Shown here in pieces: positions 47,795 to 60,699 of a stretch of DNA of 64,000 bases. The translations under genes were made by a program, and so were the position numbers. The notes beneath the pieces are model-generated. The model was not told the DNA's origin, did not search any database, and worked only from the letters and a program-made list of their open reading frames with translations. The stretch spans positions 16,494,001-16,558,000 of the forward strand of contig NC_086118.1 in the NCBI RefSeq assembly GCF_963921235.1. The letters run 5' to 3'. Numbering within the stretch: the first letter of the stretch is position 1; each line of letters begins with the position of its first letter. Source of the DNA: Mobula hypostoma (taxonomy: Eukaryota).

Positions 47795-49460
47795 CATGAG
47801 ACCATAAGAGATAGGAGCAGAATAAAGCCACTCAGCCCATTCCATCTGCTCCACCATTTCCCTTTTCCCTGATCATGTGAGGCACCTTGTCAAAGGCCTT
47901 CTGAAAATCCAAGTACACAACATTCACCGATTCTCCTTTGTCTATCCTGCTTATTACTTCTTCAAAGAATTCCAACAGATTTGTCAGGCAAGATGTTCCC
48001 TTGAGGAAACAATGCTAACTTTGGCCTATTTTATCATGTGCCTTCAAGAACCCCGAGATTCATCCTTAACCATTAACTCCAACATCTCTCCACCGAGATC
48101 AGGCTAACTGGCCTATAATTTCCTTTCTTCTGCCTCCCTCCCTTCTTGAAGAGTGGAGTGATAATTGCAATTTTCTAGTCCTCCAGAACCAAGGCAGAAT
48201 TTAGTGATTCTTCAAAAGATCATTAGTAGCACCTCTGCAATCTTTCAGCTACCTCTTTCAAAACTCTGGGGTGCAGTCCATCTAGTCCAGGTAACTTAAT
48301 TCAGACCTTTCAGCTATCCAAGCACCTTCTCCCTAGTAATAGCAATTGCACTCACTTCTGCCCTCTGACACGCTAAAACTTATGGCATACTACTCATGTC
48401 TTCCTCAGCGAAGATGGATGCAAAATAATTATTTGTTTCATCTGTCATTTCCTCATTCCGCACTACTATCTCTCCAGCATCATTTTGCAGGAATCTGATA
48501 TTTACTCTTCCCTCTCTTTTACTCTTTATTTATTTATTTGAAAAAAATCTTTTGCTATCCTCTTTGATATTATTGGCTAGTTCACCTTCAGGTTTCAACC
48601 TTTCCCTCTTTATGGCTTCTTTTTTAGCTGTCTTCTGTTGGTTTTTAAAAGCTTCCCACTTATTTTTGCTCTATTATATGCCTTCTCTCTTGCTTTTATG
48701 TTGTCAGTCAGGATTGCATCACCCCGCCTCTAGAATACTACTTCTTTGAGATGTATGTATCCTGTTCCTTCTGAATTGCTTCCAGTAAGTCCAACCATTG
48801 CTGTTTTGCTATCAACCCTGCTAGTGTACCCTTCCAATCAACTTTGGTCAGCTCCTCTCTCATGTCTCTATAATTCCCTTTTTTCTATTATAATACTGAT
48901 ACACCTGACTTTAGCTTCTACCTCTCAAATCGCAGGGTGAAAACTGTCATATAATGACCAATGTCTCCTATGTGTTCCTTTACATTAAGCACCCTAATTA
49001 AATCCAGTTCATTACAGAACAACACATACAAAACATTGCGCCGAAACGTCAACTGTACTCTTTCACATAGATGCTGCCTGGCCTGCTGAATTCCTCCAGC
49101 ATTTTCTGTGTGTTGCTCGGATTTTCAGCATCTGTAGATTTTCTCTAGTTTGTGACTGGATCATTACAGAACACCCAGTCCAGAATAGCCAGTCCCTTAG
49201 TGAGCTCAACCCCAAGCTGCTCTACAAATCCATCTCATAGGCATTCTACAAATTCTCTTTCTTGGGATCCAGCACCAACCTGATTTTCCAAATCTACCTG
49301 CATATTGAAAACCCCATGACTGTTGTAACATTGCCCTTTTGACAAGCATTTTCTATCTCCCACTGTAATTTGTAGTCCACATCCTGACCACTGTTTGGAT
49401 GCCTGTATATAACTCTCATCAGGGTCTTTCACCCTTGCAGATTCTAAACTCTACCCACAT
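47795..49460 (-). mobile_element. CR1 LINE with an internal deletion (APE, part of RT, 3' tail)
   Basis: VFNMQVDLENQVGAGSQEREFVECL; YLDFQKAFDKVPH-like segment at about 47876-47915; homologous to 15850-16900. Confidence 0.8.
49022..49160 (+). mobile_element. Short Penelope-like insertion inside a CR1 LINE
   Basis: 13-bp TSD tcattacagaaca (49009-49021 and 49161-49173); homology begins at ccgaaacgtc within the hammerhead. Confidence 0.7.
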
Positions 49461-51408
49461 TGGAACAGAAGATGTAGCAACTGAAATATATTTTTCTAAC
49501 TTCTCTTCATTTCTGATGAACGGTTGTCAGCCAGAAGCATTGATTTAGTTTCTCTTGACCTGCTAAACATTTCCAACATTTTTGATTTTAACTGTGGAAT
49601 TTCAAGAGCAGGTTTGGTGTATAATCAGAAATGAATATTTCACACGAGAATGCAAGTCTGGGATTTAAATAACAGCTGAATGACTGACTAAACAATGCTA
49701 CATGCTCCCCTGAAGAGCATATAATTATTAGTTATCCATCCATCACATCATGTCTTTACAACTTGATGGTGTATCAACTAAACAGCATGTGAATTAATGA
49801 TTCACAGATTTCATGAACTCATGTTCAAATAGGAACAGTAATATTCTACTGAGTTCTCTAGCGAACATGAAATTTTGCATTTTCATGTGCTATAGATAAA
49901 GCATCATTCGAAAAAGAACTTGCACAATTAATTTGAAATACTACAGCCCTTCCTGGTGGGGAAAAAAATCCCTGCTCAGGCAGAGTAGAGAGGTTTGTAT
50001 TATTACCAAGCACAATAATGTGTCCTGTTTCAGCTTACATCTATCAGGCTTGTATTACTTTGAATTTAGAAGTAATTTCCTCCGACTGGAATGGGGGTGC
50101 TTCTAGAACGAGGGGTCATTGTCTGACATACAATGTTTGTAACAGAATCAAGGAGAGTTCTGTCACTCAGGGCAGAAAAAATGTACGGCATTCTCGGTCA
50201 TAGAAAGCAGTGGAGGCCAAGTGTCTGAACAATTTGAGGAGGGTTTTTAGACACAAATGTCAAGAGATAATAGGAGAGAATGGGAAAACTGCTCAGCGCA
50301 TCACCAGCACCAGCATACCTACGTAGCATCAAGGACATATATACAAAAAAGTGCCGGAGAAAGGCCAGCAATATCGTGACGGGCTCTACCCATGCTGTTT
50401 ATGGACTGTTTGTCCCACTCCCGTCCCAGTCTACGTAGCATCCACGCCCACACCAGGACCACCAGAATCAAAAACAGTTACTTTAACCTAGCAGTGAGGC
50501 TGACTAACATCTCCACCCACCAACCCACACAAAGCTGCCATTCCCCTACACACTCCTGTGCCTAGCATCACTTTATGGAGATACAATCAATGTGTACAAG
50601 CTATCTTATGTATTTAATTTATTGTTTTTTATTATTATGTCCTTTATCTTATTGTGTTTTTTTATGATGCATCAGATAAGGAGTAACAATCATTTTGTTC
50701 TACTGCAGAGCAGACTTGATGGGCCAAATGGCCTAATTCTGCTTCTATATCTTTTGTTCTATAGTATTTATAGTTGGATACTGGAAATGACAAACAATCT
50801 TGAATCCCAGAAGATGGAGGGTTATTCATACTCTCCTTTGACAAACCTACTCCTTGTCTTATTTTTTCCGTGTAAAGAATGTAATGTTGAATGCTGGTAT
50901 AATTATCCATCTGTCACTTCACTTGTACTGAATTTCTAGTAACAAATGTATAACTGGTAAAGGAACCAAAAGAATAGCAACGTGCTACCTCATGCTCAAG
51001 TATCCAGCTACACGGCAGCACTTGCAGGGACTTGGAGGTTATCAGCTATCTGTTCTTTGGAGCTGAGAACAGACTTGCTTTCCTCCCATTTCCATGGACC
51101 CTATGATATCAGGTGATAAGTGTGACATTTTGTAAGTTCAATGCATTAAACTGATTCAAAGGAAGATGAAATGCAGGGCTAAATTCAAGTTTTACTTCAA
51201 GTGAAGCATGCATGTACTGTATCACATGGTAGTGTGATGACGCCTGCAATTAATGTACATTTACATATAACCAATAATTAGTTATTTAAATCAACAAGAA
51301 TTCTTAATCAAGGTATACATACAGACAGAATAATATTGAAATCTTATTGAAATATTAAATACACAACAGTAAGCAGCACTTATTGTGCAGATGGTGGAAA
51401 TCCTGAGC

Positions 51409-51447
<39 letters not shown>
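51409..51447. repeat. (CA)n microsatellite expanded from a pLTR end
   Basis: gcaa(ca)n aaacgctggtggaactc; a similar array is at 19742-19763. Confidence 0.9.
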
Positions 51448-51451
<4 letters not shown>

Positions 51452-52329
51452 CGCTGGTGGAACTCGGCAGGTAAGGGGAGGTTCATTTCCCTCCAATATA
51501 TGCTGCCTGATGTACTGAGTTCCCCCAGCATTTTATGTGTGCTGTTGCAGACCTTTGCTCACATCATCCATCTGGACCTAGCTGCTTCAAATAGAAAAAC
51601 AACATCTTCCCATTGCTTTTCTTCTCTCTGGTGGGTAACTGGCTTTCTTTCTCCATTTCTTACCAAGCTACATGGCCAATAATAGTAATAAAGGTCTTGG
51701 CGGAATACCTCCTCAGAAGTACATTGCCATAGAAACCAAAGACTTTGTAAAATGACAAACAGACTCAATAATGCAAAAGAAATTTTTAAAGTATCAAAAT
51801 GAAGTTCACTAAAATATTCAAAGAGGCATGCAGTTCAAGAGGGACTATTACAATATTTGTACAGATGCTGGTTCTTCAGAAGAACGATCCATTTTAGCCC
51901 TTTCTCCACAAGCCCATAATTTTGAGATGTTCTTGCATTCAAGCAAGCTATTAATAGACAAACGGTTTTGATTCTCATGGTACCGTAGAGGGGAATTTTG
52001 ATACGAATAATTCCATGGGGTCATGAATGAGATGCCATTGAGAAATAATTAAGAAGTCATTTTTCTTTGGCAAGGGACAACAGAGTGGGAAAGTTGAGAG
52101 ATAATATTTTAACATTTCTCCAGTCATTTATCCTCAGTACTATTTATTCACATCCCAATTTTGTGCCAGATAACCACTGTCAAGAGGTGTTGAACAAATA
52201 AGTGACAGCATCCAGTCACCCCGGCACTTACCATTTCAGTGAGCAATCTGGAGATTTCTTGCAAAGTCAAATTCCTAGGTTTCTCTCTGTGTTGTCAAAT
52301 GTGATTTAATTATGACACAAATAACACCC

Positions 52330-52900
52330 TAGCCCACACAAAGAAACGTAGGTCCATTCATTCACTGGTTTTTCTTCCTACCAGTCTAAATTACTTGATA
52401 AATATTAAAGCAGGTTTAAGCAGAAATGGTGCAGCTTTTAATGAAAGTTACCAAATCCAAAATGCTTGTGACAAAGGTAATCCACTTTCTTTAGTCCTCC
52501 TTGACTCATCTACAGCTTTTGATACAGTTGGCCACAGCAACCTGCTCCAATTCCTGACGAAGGGTCTCGGCCTGAAACGTCGACTGTACCTCTTCTTAGA
52601 GATGCTGCCTGGCCTGCTGCGTTCACCAGCAACTTTGATGTGTGTTGCTCCAATTCCTCTTCACTCTCTTTGGATGAATATGTTTGTACGCTTTTGGTTC
52701 CATTATTATCTCGCCATTTGGAGAGCTGCAACAGCTCCTTTTCTTCCCACACTGCTAATTCTGGTGCCCCCGCCTGATAAATCCTTGTCTCCATTCTATG
52801 TAGTGGCTGCTGAGCAATATCATCCAAAAGTACAGTGTCAGGTTCTACCCAGGTACCGACCAGTTCTACATTACCTCCACCATTGATTGAATTGTTCAAC
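52330..52900 (+). mobile_element. Ancient L2-like LINE RT remnant
   Basis: LSLVLLDSSTAFDTVGHSNLLQ, resembling the L2 motif LVLLDLSAAFDTVDH; interrupted by the 52556 insertion. Confidence 0.5.
52556..52645 (+). mobile_element. About 90-bp 5'-truncated Penelope-like insertion starting in the hammerhead core
   Basis: Perfect 13-bp TSD tgctccaattcct (52543-52555 and 52646-52658); contains gacgaagggtctcggcctgaaacgtcgactg. Confidence 0.8.
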
Positions 52901-53189
52901 CTGTCCAAATCTAAAATTCTCTTGCCTCTTTCCTCACACCAATGGGTACCTCTTACCCATTACTCCCTCGTTTCCTGATACAAATTCATCCTTGGTTTAA
53001 CAACTACATTGATTTTAAAGTCATTCCATCATCTTGCCTCCGTACTCTCCTCCAGCCCACAGCCTCAGATGCCTGCCCTCCTCCATTTCTGAATTTAGCT
53101 GCTCTGTTATTGATGGCCATTTCCTTAGCTGTCAAAGGCCAAAGTTCTCAGATTTCTCCCTCAGCCTCTCCCTAACACTTTCTCCTTTT

Positions 53190-55600
53190 AAGTCAAGTCA
53201 AGTCACTTTTTATTGTCATTTCAACCATAACTGCTGGTACAGTACACAGTAAAAATGAGATGACGTTTTTCAGGACCATGGTGCTACATGAAACAATACA
53301 AAAACTACACTGAGCTACATAAAACAACACAAAAACTACACTAGACTACAGACCTACCCAGGACTGCATAAAGTGCACAAAACAGTGCAGGCATTACAAT
53401 AAATAATAAACAAGATAATAGGCACAGTAGACGGCAGTAGGTTGGTGTCAGTCCAGGCTCTGGGTATTGAGGAGTCTGATGGCTTGGTGGAAGAAACTGT
53501 AACATAGTCTGGTCGTGAGAGCCCGAATACTTCGGTGCCTTTTGCCAGATGGCAGGAGGAAGAAGAGTTTGTATGAGGGGTGCGTGGGGTCCTTCATAAT
53601 ACTGTTTGCTTTACGGATGCAGCGTGTGGTGTAAATGTCTGTAATGGTGGGAAGAGAGACCTCAATGATGTTCTCAGCTGACCTCATTATCCGCTGCAGG
53701 GTCTTGCAATCTGAGATGGTGCAATTTCCGAACCAGGCAGTGATGCAGCTGCTCAGGATGCTCTCAATACAACCTCTGTAGAATGTGGTGAGGATGGGGG
53801 GCGGTGGGAGATGGACTTTTCTCAGCCTTCGCAGAAAGTAGAGACGCTGCTGGGCTTTCTTTGCTATGGAGCTGGTGTTGAGAGACCAGGTGAGGTTCTC
53901 CGCCAGATGAACACCAAGAAATTTGGTGCTCTTAAAGATCTCTACGGTGGAGTCGTCGATGTTCAGTGGAGAGTGGTCGCTCCGTGTCCTCCTGAAGTCA
54001 ACAACCATCTCTTTTGTTTTGTTCACATTCAGAGACAGGTTGTTGGCTCTGCACCAGTCCGTTAGCTGCTGCGCCTCCTCTCTGTATGCTGACTCATTGT
54101 TCTTGCTGATGAGACCCACCACGGTCGTGTCATCGGTGAACTTGATGATGTGGTTCGAGCTGTGTGTAGCAGCACAGTCGTGGGTCAGCAGAGTGAACAG
54201 CAGTGGACTGAGCACACAGCCCTGGGGGGCCCCTGTGCTCAGTGTGATGGTGTTGGAGATGCTGCTTCCGATCTGGACTGACTGTAAGTCTCCCAGTCAG
54301 GAAATCTACGATCCAGTTGCAGAGGGACGTGTTCAGGCCCAGTAGGCTCAGCTTTCCAATCAGTTTCTGAGGAATGATTGTGTTCAATGCTGAACTGAAG
54401 TCTATGAACAGCATTCGAATGTAAATGTCTTTTTTGTCCAGGTGAGTTAGAGCCAGGTGGAAGGTGATGGCAATGGGGGTTCAGTGAGGGGGGCAGCAGG
54501 GTCTTGATGTGCCTCATGATGAGTCTCTTGAAACACTTCTTGATGATGGATGTGAGTGCAACGGGACAGTAGTCGTTGAGGCAGGACACTGAAAACTTCT
54601 TCAGCACAGGGACGATGGTGGCAGCCTTGAAGTACGTAGGAACGAATGCGCTGCTCAGGGAGACGTTAAAGATGTCAGTGAGAATCTCAGCTAGCTGGTC
54701 TGCATATCCTCTAAGCACTCTGCCAGGAATATTGTCTGGTCCAGCAGCCTTCCATGGGTTAACCCTGCACAGGGTTCTCCTCACATCAGCCACGGTAAGA
54801 CACAGCACTTGGTCATTGGGAGAAAGGGTGGTCTTCCTCGCCACCATGTTATTTTCCACCTCAAAACGAGGGTAGAAGTTGTTCAGCGCATCTGGGAGGG
54901 AGACATCACCAGCACAGTCAGGTGATGTTGTCCTGTAGTTGGTGATGTCCTGAATGTACTTCCACATGCACCGTGTGTCGCCGCTGTCCTGGAAGTGGCT
55001 GTGCATTTGCTGGGCATGTGCATGCCTTGCCTCTCTGATGGCCCGGGACAGTTTGGCCTTCGCTGTTGTTAGGGCTGCCTTGTCGCCTGCTCTGAAGGCG
55101 GAGTCATGGGTCCTCAGCAGCGCACACACCTCCGCGGTCATCCATGGCTTCTGGTTAGTGCGTGTAGTGATGGTCTTGGCCACAGTGACGTCATCGATGC
55201 ACTTGCTGATGTAGCTCATCACTGATGCCGTGTACTCCTCTAAGTTGGTGGAGTCGCCATCGGTTGCAGCCTCCCTGAACGTGTGCCAGTCAGTGTGCTC
55301 AAAGCAGTCTTGAAGAGCAGAGATGGCTGCTTCTGAACTGGCCTGGAGCGCCTGGCGAGCGGTCTGTATGCTGGGATTAGCATAACAGAGATGTGGTCTG
55401 AGTAACCGAGGTGGGGGCGAGGCTCTACCTGGTACGCGTCTGGAATGTTTGTATAAATGAGGTCCAACGCGTTCGCCCCTCTCGTTGCAAAGTCCGCGTT
55501 CTGATGGAATCTGGGGAGCACTGACTTAAGGTTCGCGTGGTTAAAATCTCCGGTGACAATAAACAGTCCATCAGGGTGTACGTTCTGCAGTTCACTAATA
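53190..55600 (-). mobile_element. Rex1/Babar-like LINE, 5'-truncated (APE and RT, frameshifted)
   Basis: ORFs 55240..55641 (TGDFNH, SDH), 54239..55222 ([10 protein letters not shown]), 53448..54215 (LSPLLF, KFTDD, KFLG); 3' tail (GACTT)n at 53190-53205. Confidence 0.9.
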
Positions 55601-57845
55601 GCCTCATATGGTTTTACCAAACTTATGACCATTTGCTCCATTTATGGCTTTGTATCAAATTTTAGGCAGCGAGCCACAGGAGGAGATCCTGGAGAAATGA
55701 GCTCCCATGATGGGATGCCCCACTACATTAAAGGCACTGTAAAAATACAAGAGCTGAGAAATTACTCTGCACCTCCGAAGGCAAATTAGACTGGTGATGT
55801 GGGTGGGAATGTTTTGTGGATGGGACCATGGCAACAAATTCTATGAATGAAACACAACAATGTGAGCTTTGATCTTTAAATGTCTGTCCTTTATTCTCTA
55901 AGATTTGAAGTAGTAGGTAGTTGCAAGTGGTTGTCTGAAAGAAAATCATAATGGGGAGGAGCTGCTGGTAAAGAGATGAATTTCAAGGTTGTATAAAGTA
56001 ATGATACTTTGGTAATAAATGTACTTTGAATTTTGAATTTGAGATCAGAGCCAAGATCATGAAGGGTTCTCATGCCTTGTTCATTTATATAGAGCCTGAA
56101 GATAATGTTCATGGTATTAAAATTTGAGACTTTTATGTATGAAATACATAAAAATTCAAACATCTCTTCTCAGACGATAGAGTGAAGCACCTATAATCAC
56201 ATACAGATATGACTGATACTGTATATTTTCCTCACTACACCGTTATCCATTCATTATCAGATTATTCAAATGAACAAGCAATTCAGGAAATTAAAATGCT
56301 TAGATTTTCCAATGAACTGCTGGTATTAATGCACCACTGCACATTTTATACATGAATTCTGTAATATGCAACAAAATCATAACTCTACTTAGCTTGTATT
56401 TTTCCCTGAATTATGATATTCTGTGGTTTAAAGTCATTACATGATTATGCTCTCACCCAGACCACAGCTGGAGCTACAATTCTTTAAAAACATGAATTAC
56501 TGTATAACAATTTCAGAATGATTTATGTAATGAGTTGCCTTGGCCTTTTAATTTTTACAGATTTCTGTACTTCCTTCTCAGTTTTAATTTTTAACAGTTG
56601 TTGTACTATTTTATTCACATGTACAGTAATCCACTGGAGAATAAAAAAGGAACAGAGATGAGGATTTGATAACACTGACGTCATGAAAAGGATGCAGGTG
56701 GGGAAACTGTTAATCATGCTTACATTTTCTTTATGTTTTTGAGTTCATTTGAGCTCTTTGCTGTGATGGTTGCATCAAGCACAAAATTGACAATTATGAA
56801 CCAAGACCCCCTTTACACTACTCCAAAAGTAAACATTTACTACATGCTCTACTATATAAATATGACACGTTCTTCTTCATACTAAGTACACTTGTAGTTT
56901 CTCAATATGTAAATCCAGTTTATGCCGAAATACATTTTTATGCTGTGATACACTTTACCAGCAGTTAAAGATGGCAAAATTATTTTCTTTTTGCTCATTC
57001 ACAGCTAGTGATGAGCAAAGAACTTCACCTCAAAAATATAGAATGCATTAAAGCACATACTCCAGGAATCAAGGGGCATTTTCCAGAATGGAAGCCTCCA
57101 ACCCCTTGTTCTTCTATGGTATGTGCAATTCTGGGCACGCCGTCCTTGAAAGTACACCTCTAATTCTATAAAGAAGAAGATCGCTTCAGCTTAGTGCTCC
57201 AAACCAAGGAGAGACTCACAGATGGCGCATTACTTCCACAAAGACTGACAGGACTTTCGTCTAGCCTTTTCAGTATCGGGAAGCTTTTATTTCATGCCAT
57301 GGTCCATGTCCTCAAAATCACTGTGATATATAAAGCAGCTCTACATTAGAGTTCTGAAATGGTTGTTCATTATTAAAAAACACGCATCGAATACACCCAA
57401 CCTCTTTCACCCTGTCCCTCACAGAGACTGAAGTCGCTTGAAAAATGATGCTGGAATCCAAGTCATAGTCAATATCATGGTGAGTTAGTGTAATCTGCTA
57501 TCTCAACAACGGAGAAGAAAATACCTAACTAGTGAGGTAGGTAAGAGTTAAAAGTTATACATCCTAGAACTTCTACTGCAGTAGCATGACACTTCTTTCT
57601 TATATGATAATTTCATCTAAAATATAATTGTGTCTGCATCTACAGTGGCTTTGAGAGTTGGAGCTTATTCTACTACGTATGATGAATGCATTCATATGAA
57701 GGTCACTAGGATTGTATAGTGATGTCACTTGGGTGTGCAATGCATTATATCCATGATTTTATACCACAAATATATAGTTCAGTAAAGGTGAGAGCCTTGG
57801 TTGCTCTGATTTCAATTTGCCTTTTGTCATTCTGCTTTTCATTCC

Positions 57846-59830
57846 TTAATTTTCAAATTGTATTACTTGACTTTTGAGTACTTTATGCTGCACATTCTGG
57901 CCATTTTGGGTTGCCATGTAGACCTGAGACAGTATGCAGTCCTTTCTGCTTTCCCTTTGGATCATCTCTGCTGTAATACAGAGACTTTCGTTTTGCATTA
58001 GGGAGAATACGTCAAGAGGAATGTCTTCTTTTGTAAAATTATCAGGTATTCCCTTTTCCAAAAGGTAACCATTTCCATGATTAGTCGTCCTCTTGAATTC
58101 AATCTTGCAATTGTGTCCTCCAAGAAATGGAGCCCATCTCTGCATTTGTGCTCCTGCTGTTAGTGGAACACCCTTCTGTGGTTTGAAAATGGACACTAGT
58201 GGTTGATCATCAGTAACGAGAGTAAACTCTCTCCTATACAACTACTGGCTGAAAAGTTTTACACCCCAAACTGGAATCAAGGCCCCACAGTCAATCTATG
58301 CATAATTTTTCTATGCACTAGTAAGGGAACATGATGCAAAGGTTATGAGGTGTTCACTTCCATCACTCATAACATGTGACATGACAGCACCTATACCATA
58401 AGGCAAGTTTTACTGGAAAATGGGGATCATAATGTGTGATTACAATGTCTGAAGTCACTGTTTCCTTTGCGTGTTTGGAAAGCTACCTTGCACTGATTTG
58501 TCCATTGCCATTTCATCCAGATCTGTATAATGCGTTCAAATGGTGGAGCACCGTAGCCAGAATTGGCAGGAAACTGTTTTAGTAATTGACAAATCCTAAG
58601 AAGGACCACAGCTGTAACACATCCTTTGGCCTTGAGGCATCCACCACTGCACATTGTGCATTCTTGTGCACCAATGGTGTGACCAGTAAATGATGCTTGG
58701 TTTAAAGAATTCACACTTGTCATGTCATGTTCTCAGCCCATAATCTACGAATATTTTTAACAGTGTCTTGAGATTTTGGAGATATTCTTTCTCATACTCG
58801 TGGTAACAATGATGTCATCCAGGTAACACTAAGTGCCTGGGCAGCCCGATAGCACCTGGTCCATAGTTTTCTCCAAGAGAGCAGGCGCAGATGCTATTCC
58901 ACAAATAAATCTGCTATAGCAATAAACCCCTTTGTAAGTGTTTATGGTGAGAAACACTTCGGACTTTTATTCCATCTCCAGCTGCAGCTAAATCCACTTT
59001 GCTGAAGAGTTTCCTTCCAGAAAGGTTTCCAAAGATATCCTCTATCCTGGGCAGAGGGTATTGATCTACTTTCCGTACTGGGTTTATAGTGACCTTAAAT
59101 TCACAACAGCTCCTGACAGATCCACCCTTCTTGGCTACTGGGATCACTGGCGTTGCCCATGGGCTCCACTCAATCTTGGGAAGAATTTCTGCAGGCTTCG
59201 GTTCATTATCTTTGAAATGTCAGTCAAATACAATTTGTGGAATGACTGGAACAACTGAGCTAGTGTCCAATGCCATTTTAATTAATTTTTCCATTTACTT
59301 TTGGTGTAAACCATATTGCCTGTCTCTCCCCTGCGCCCCCCCCCCCACCTTCTTACTCTGGCTTCTGATTTTTTTTCCCAGTCCTGGTGAAAGGCCTTGG
59401 CCCAAAACGTCGATGGTTTATTCCTTTCCATAGATGCTGTCTGACTTGCTTAGTTCCTCCAGCATTTTGTGTGTGTTGCCTTGGATTTCCAGCATCTTCA
59501 AATTTTCCTGTGCTTGTCTGTGTCTTGTTAGTTTTCACATTGTAAATCTCAGCTCTACTCAGACTTGTGTCAGTCTCATTATTAACAGATTTTCCACCAA
59601 CAGCATGCAGATTAGTTCTCATTTTGAAACAGCACCTTAACTCAGTTTTGAAGCTGCAATGCCCAACAGAGTCTTGCTATCACAAGAAAAGCGACTAAGT
59701 TGATCACTTGCTGTTAGACTGCACACTGCCTTTGAGCGCCCACTCCTCTCTGACGCAGGCAGTCCAGTTTCTTCAGTTTCTCTGCCAACTAGCAATTTAC
59801 TGATAGAGTACACCTGCAGTACTTCATGTT
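57846..59830 (-). mobile_element. Degraded Ty3/Gypsy LTR retrotransposon pol (RT and RNase H)
   Basis: PVAKKGGSVR.C.EFKVTIN..DQYPLPRIEDIF..FSKVDL; CYLDDIIVT near 58805-58830; RNase H segment YRREFTLVTDDQPLVSIF..MQRWA. Confidence 0.85.
59320..59512 (+). mobile_element. Penelope-like pLTR fragment inserted in the Gypsy remnant
   Basis: cagtcctggtgaaaggccttggcccaaaacgtcga...gatgctgtctgacttgcttagttcctccagcattttgtgtgtgttgc (degenerate hammerhead). Confidence 0.6.
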
Positions 59831-59919
59831 GTTAGTGTCCAGCAAGGTCTTGTGATCATAAAAAGTGTTTTAAAAAGACAATAACACTTTTGGGTAACTC
59901 TGCTGAAGTTGCTGCAAAT

Positions 59920-60675
59920 AACGGGTGAGGTGTTGCACTTTGGGTGGACAAACCAGGGTAGGAGTGTGGTAAAACAAAGAGATCTGGGAATACAGGTAGA
60001 TAATTTGTTGAAAGTGGCGTCACAGGTAGGTAGGGTTGTAAAGAAAGCTTCTGGCATACTGGCCTTCATAAATCAAGGTATTGCATACAGGAGTTAGGAT
60101 GTTATGTTGAAGTTGTACAAAATGTTGGTGAGGCTTAATTTGAAGAATTGTGTGCAGTTTTGTCTATAGGAAAGATATAATGAGATTGAAAGAGTGCAGA
60201 GAAAGATTACAAGGATGTTGCTAATTCTTGATGACCTGAGTTATAGGGAAAAGTTGAATAGGTTAGGACTAATTCCTGGAACGTACTCTAGAAATTGAAA
60301 GGAGATTTGGTTGAGGTATACAAATTTATAAGATGTATAGACACTGTAAATGCAAGCAGACTTATTTCACTGAGGGTGGGTGAGGCTACAACTAGAGGTC
60401 ATGGGTTAAGGATGAAAGGTGAAATATTTAAGGAAAACATAAGGGGGATCTTCTTCACTCAGAGGTTGGTGAGAGTGTGGAATAAGCTACCAGTGCAAGT
60501 GGTGGACATGGGTTTGATTTCAACATTTAAGAGAAAATTGAATAGGTACATGATTGTGAGGGGTATGTAGGGCTATGATCTGGGTACAGGTTGATAGGAT
60601 TAAGCAAATTAATGGTTCAGCATGGACTAGATGGGCCGATGGACCTATTTCTGTGTTGTGATGTTCTATGACTCC
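59920..60675 (+). mobile_element. CR1 3' end fragment
   Basis: QRDLGIQV..LKVASQV.RVVKKA, KGDLVEVYK..TRGHGL..FFTQRLVRVWNKLP. Confidence 0.85.
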
Positions 60676-60699
60676 GATGGAAATTGGAAAGGACAATGA

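Noticed and set aside
51870..51950. GERAK-like peptide as MYOCD exon 3
   Set aside because: No donor site follows and the upstream residues do not match the family motif.
3065..55647. Perfect CArG boxes at 3065, 4924, 45848 and 55638 (possible SRF autoregulation)
   Set aside because: About 4-5 are expected by chance in 64 kb at this base composition (rough estimate); unclustered and no conservation data.
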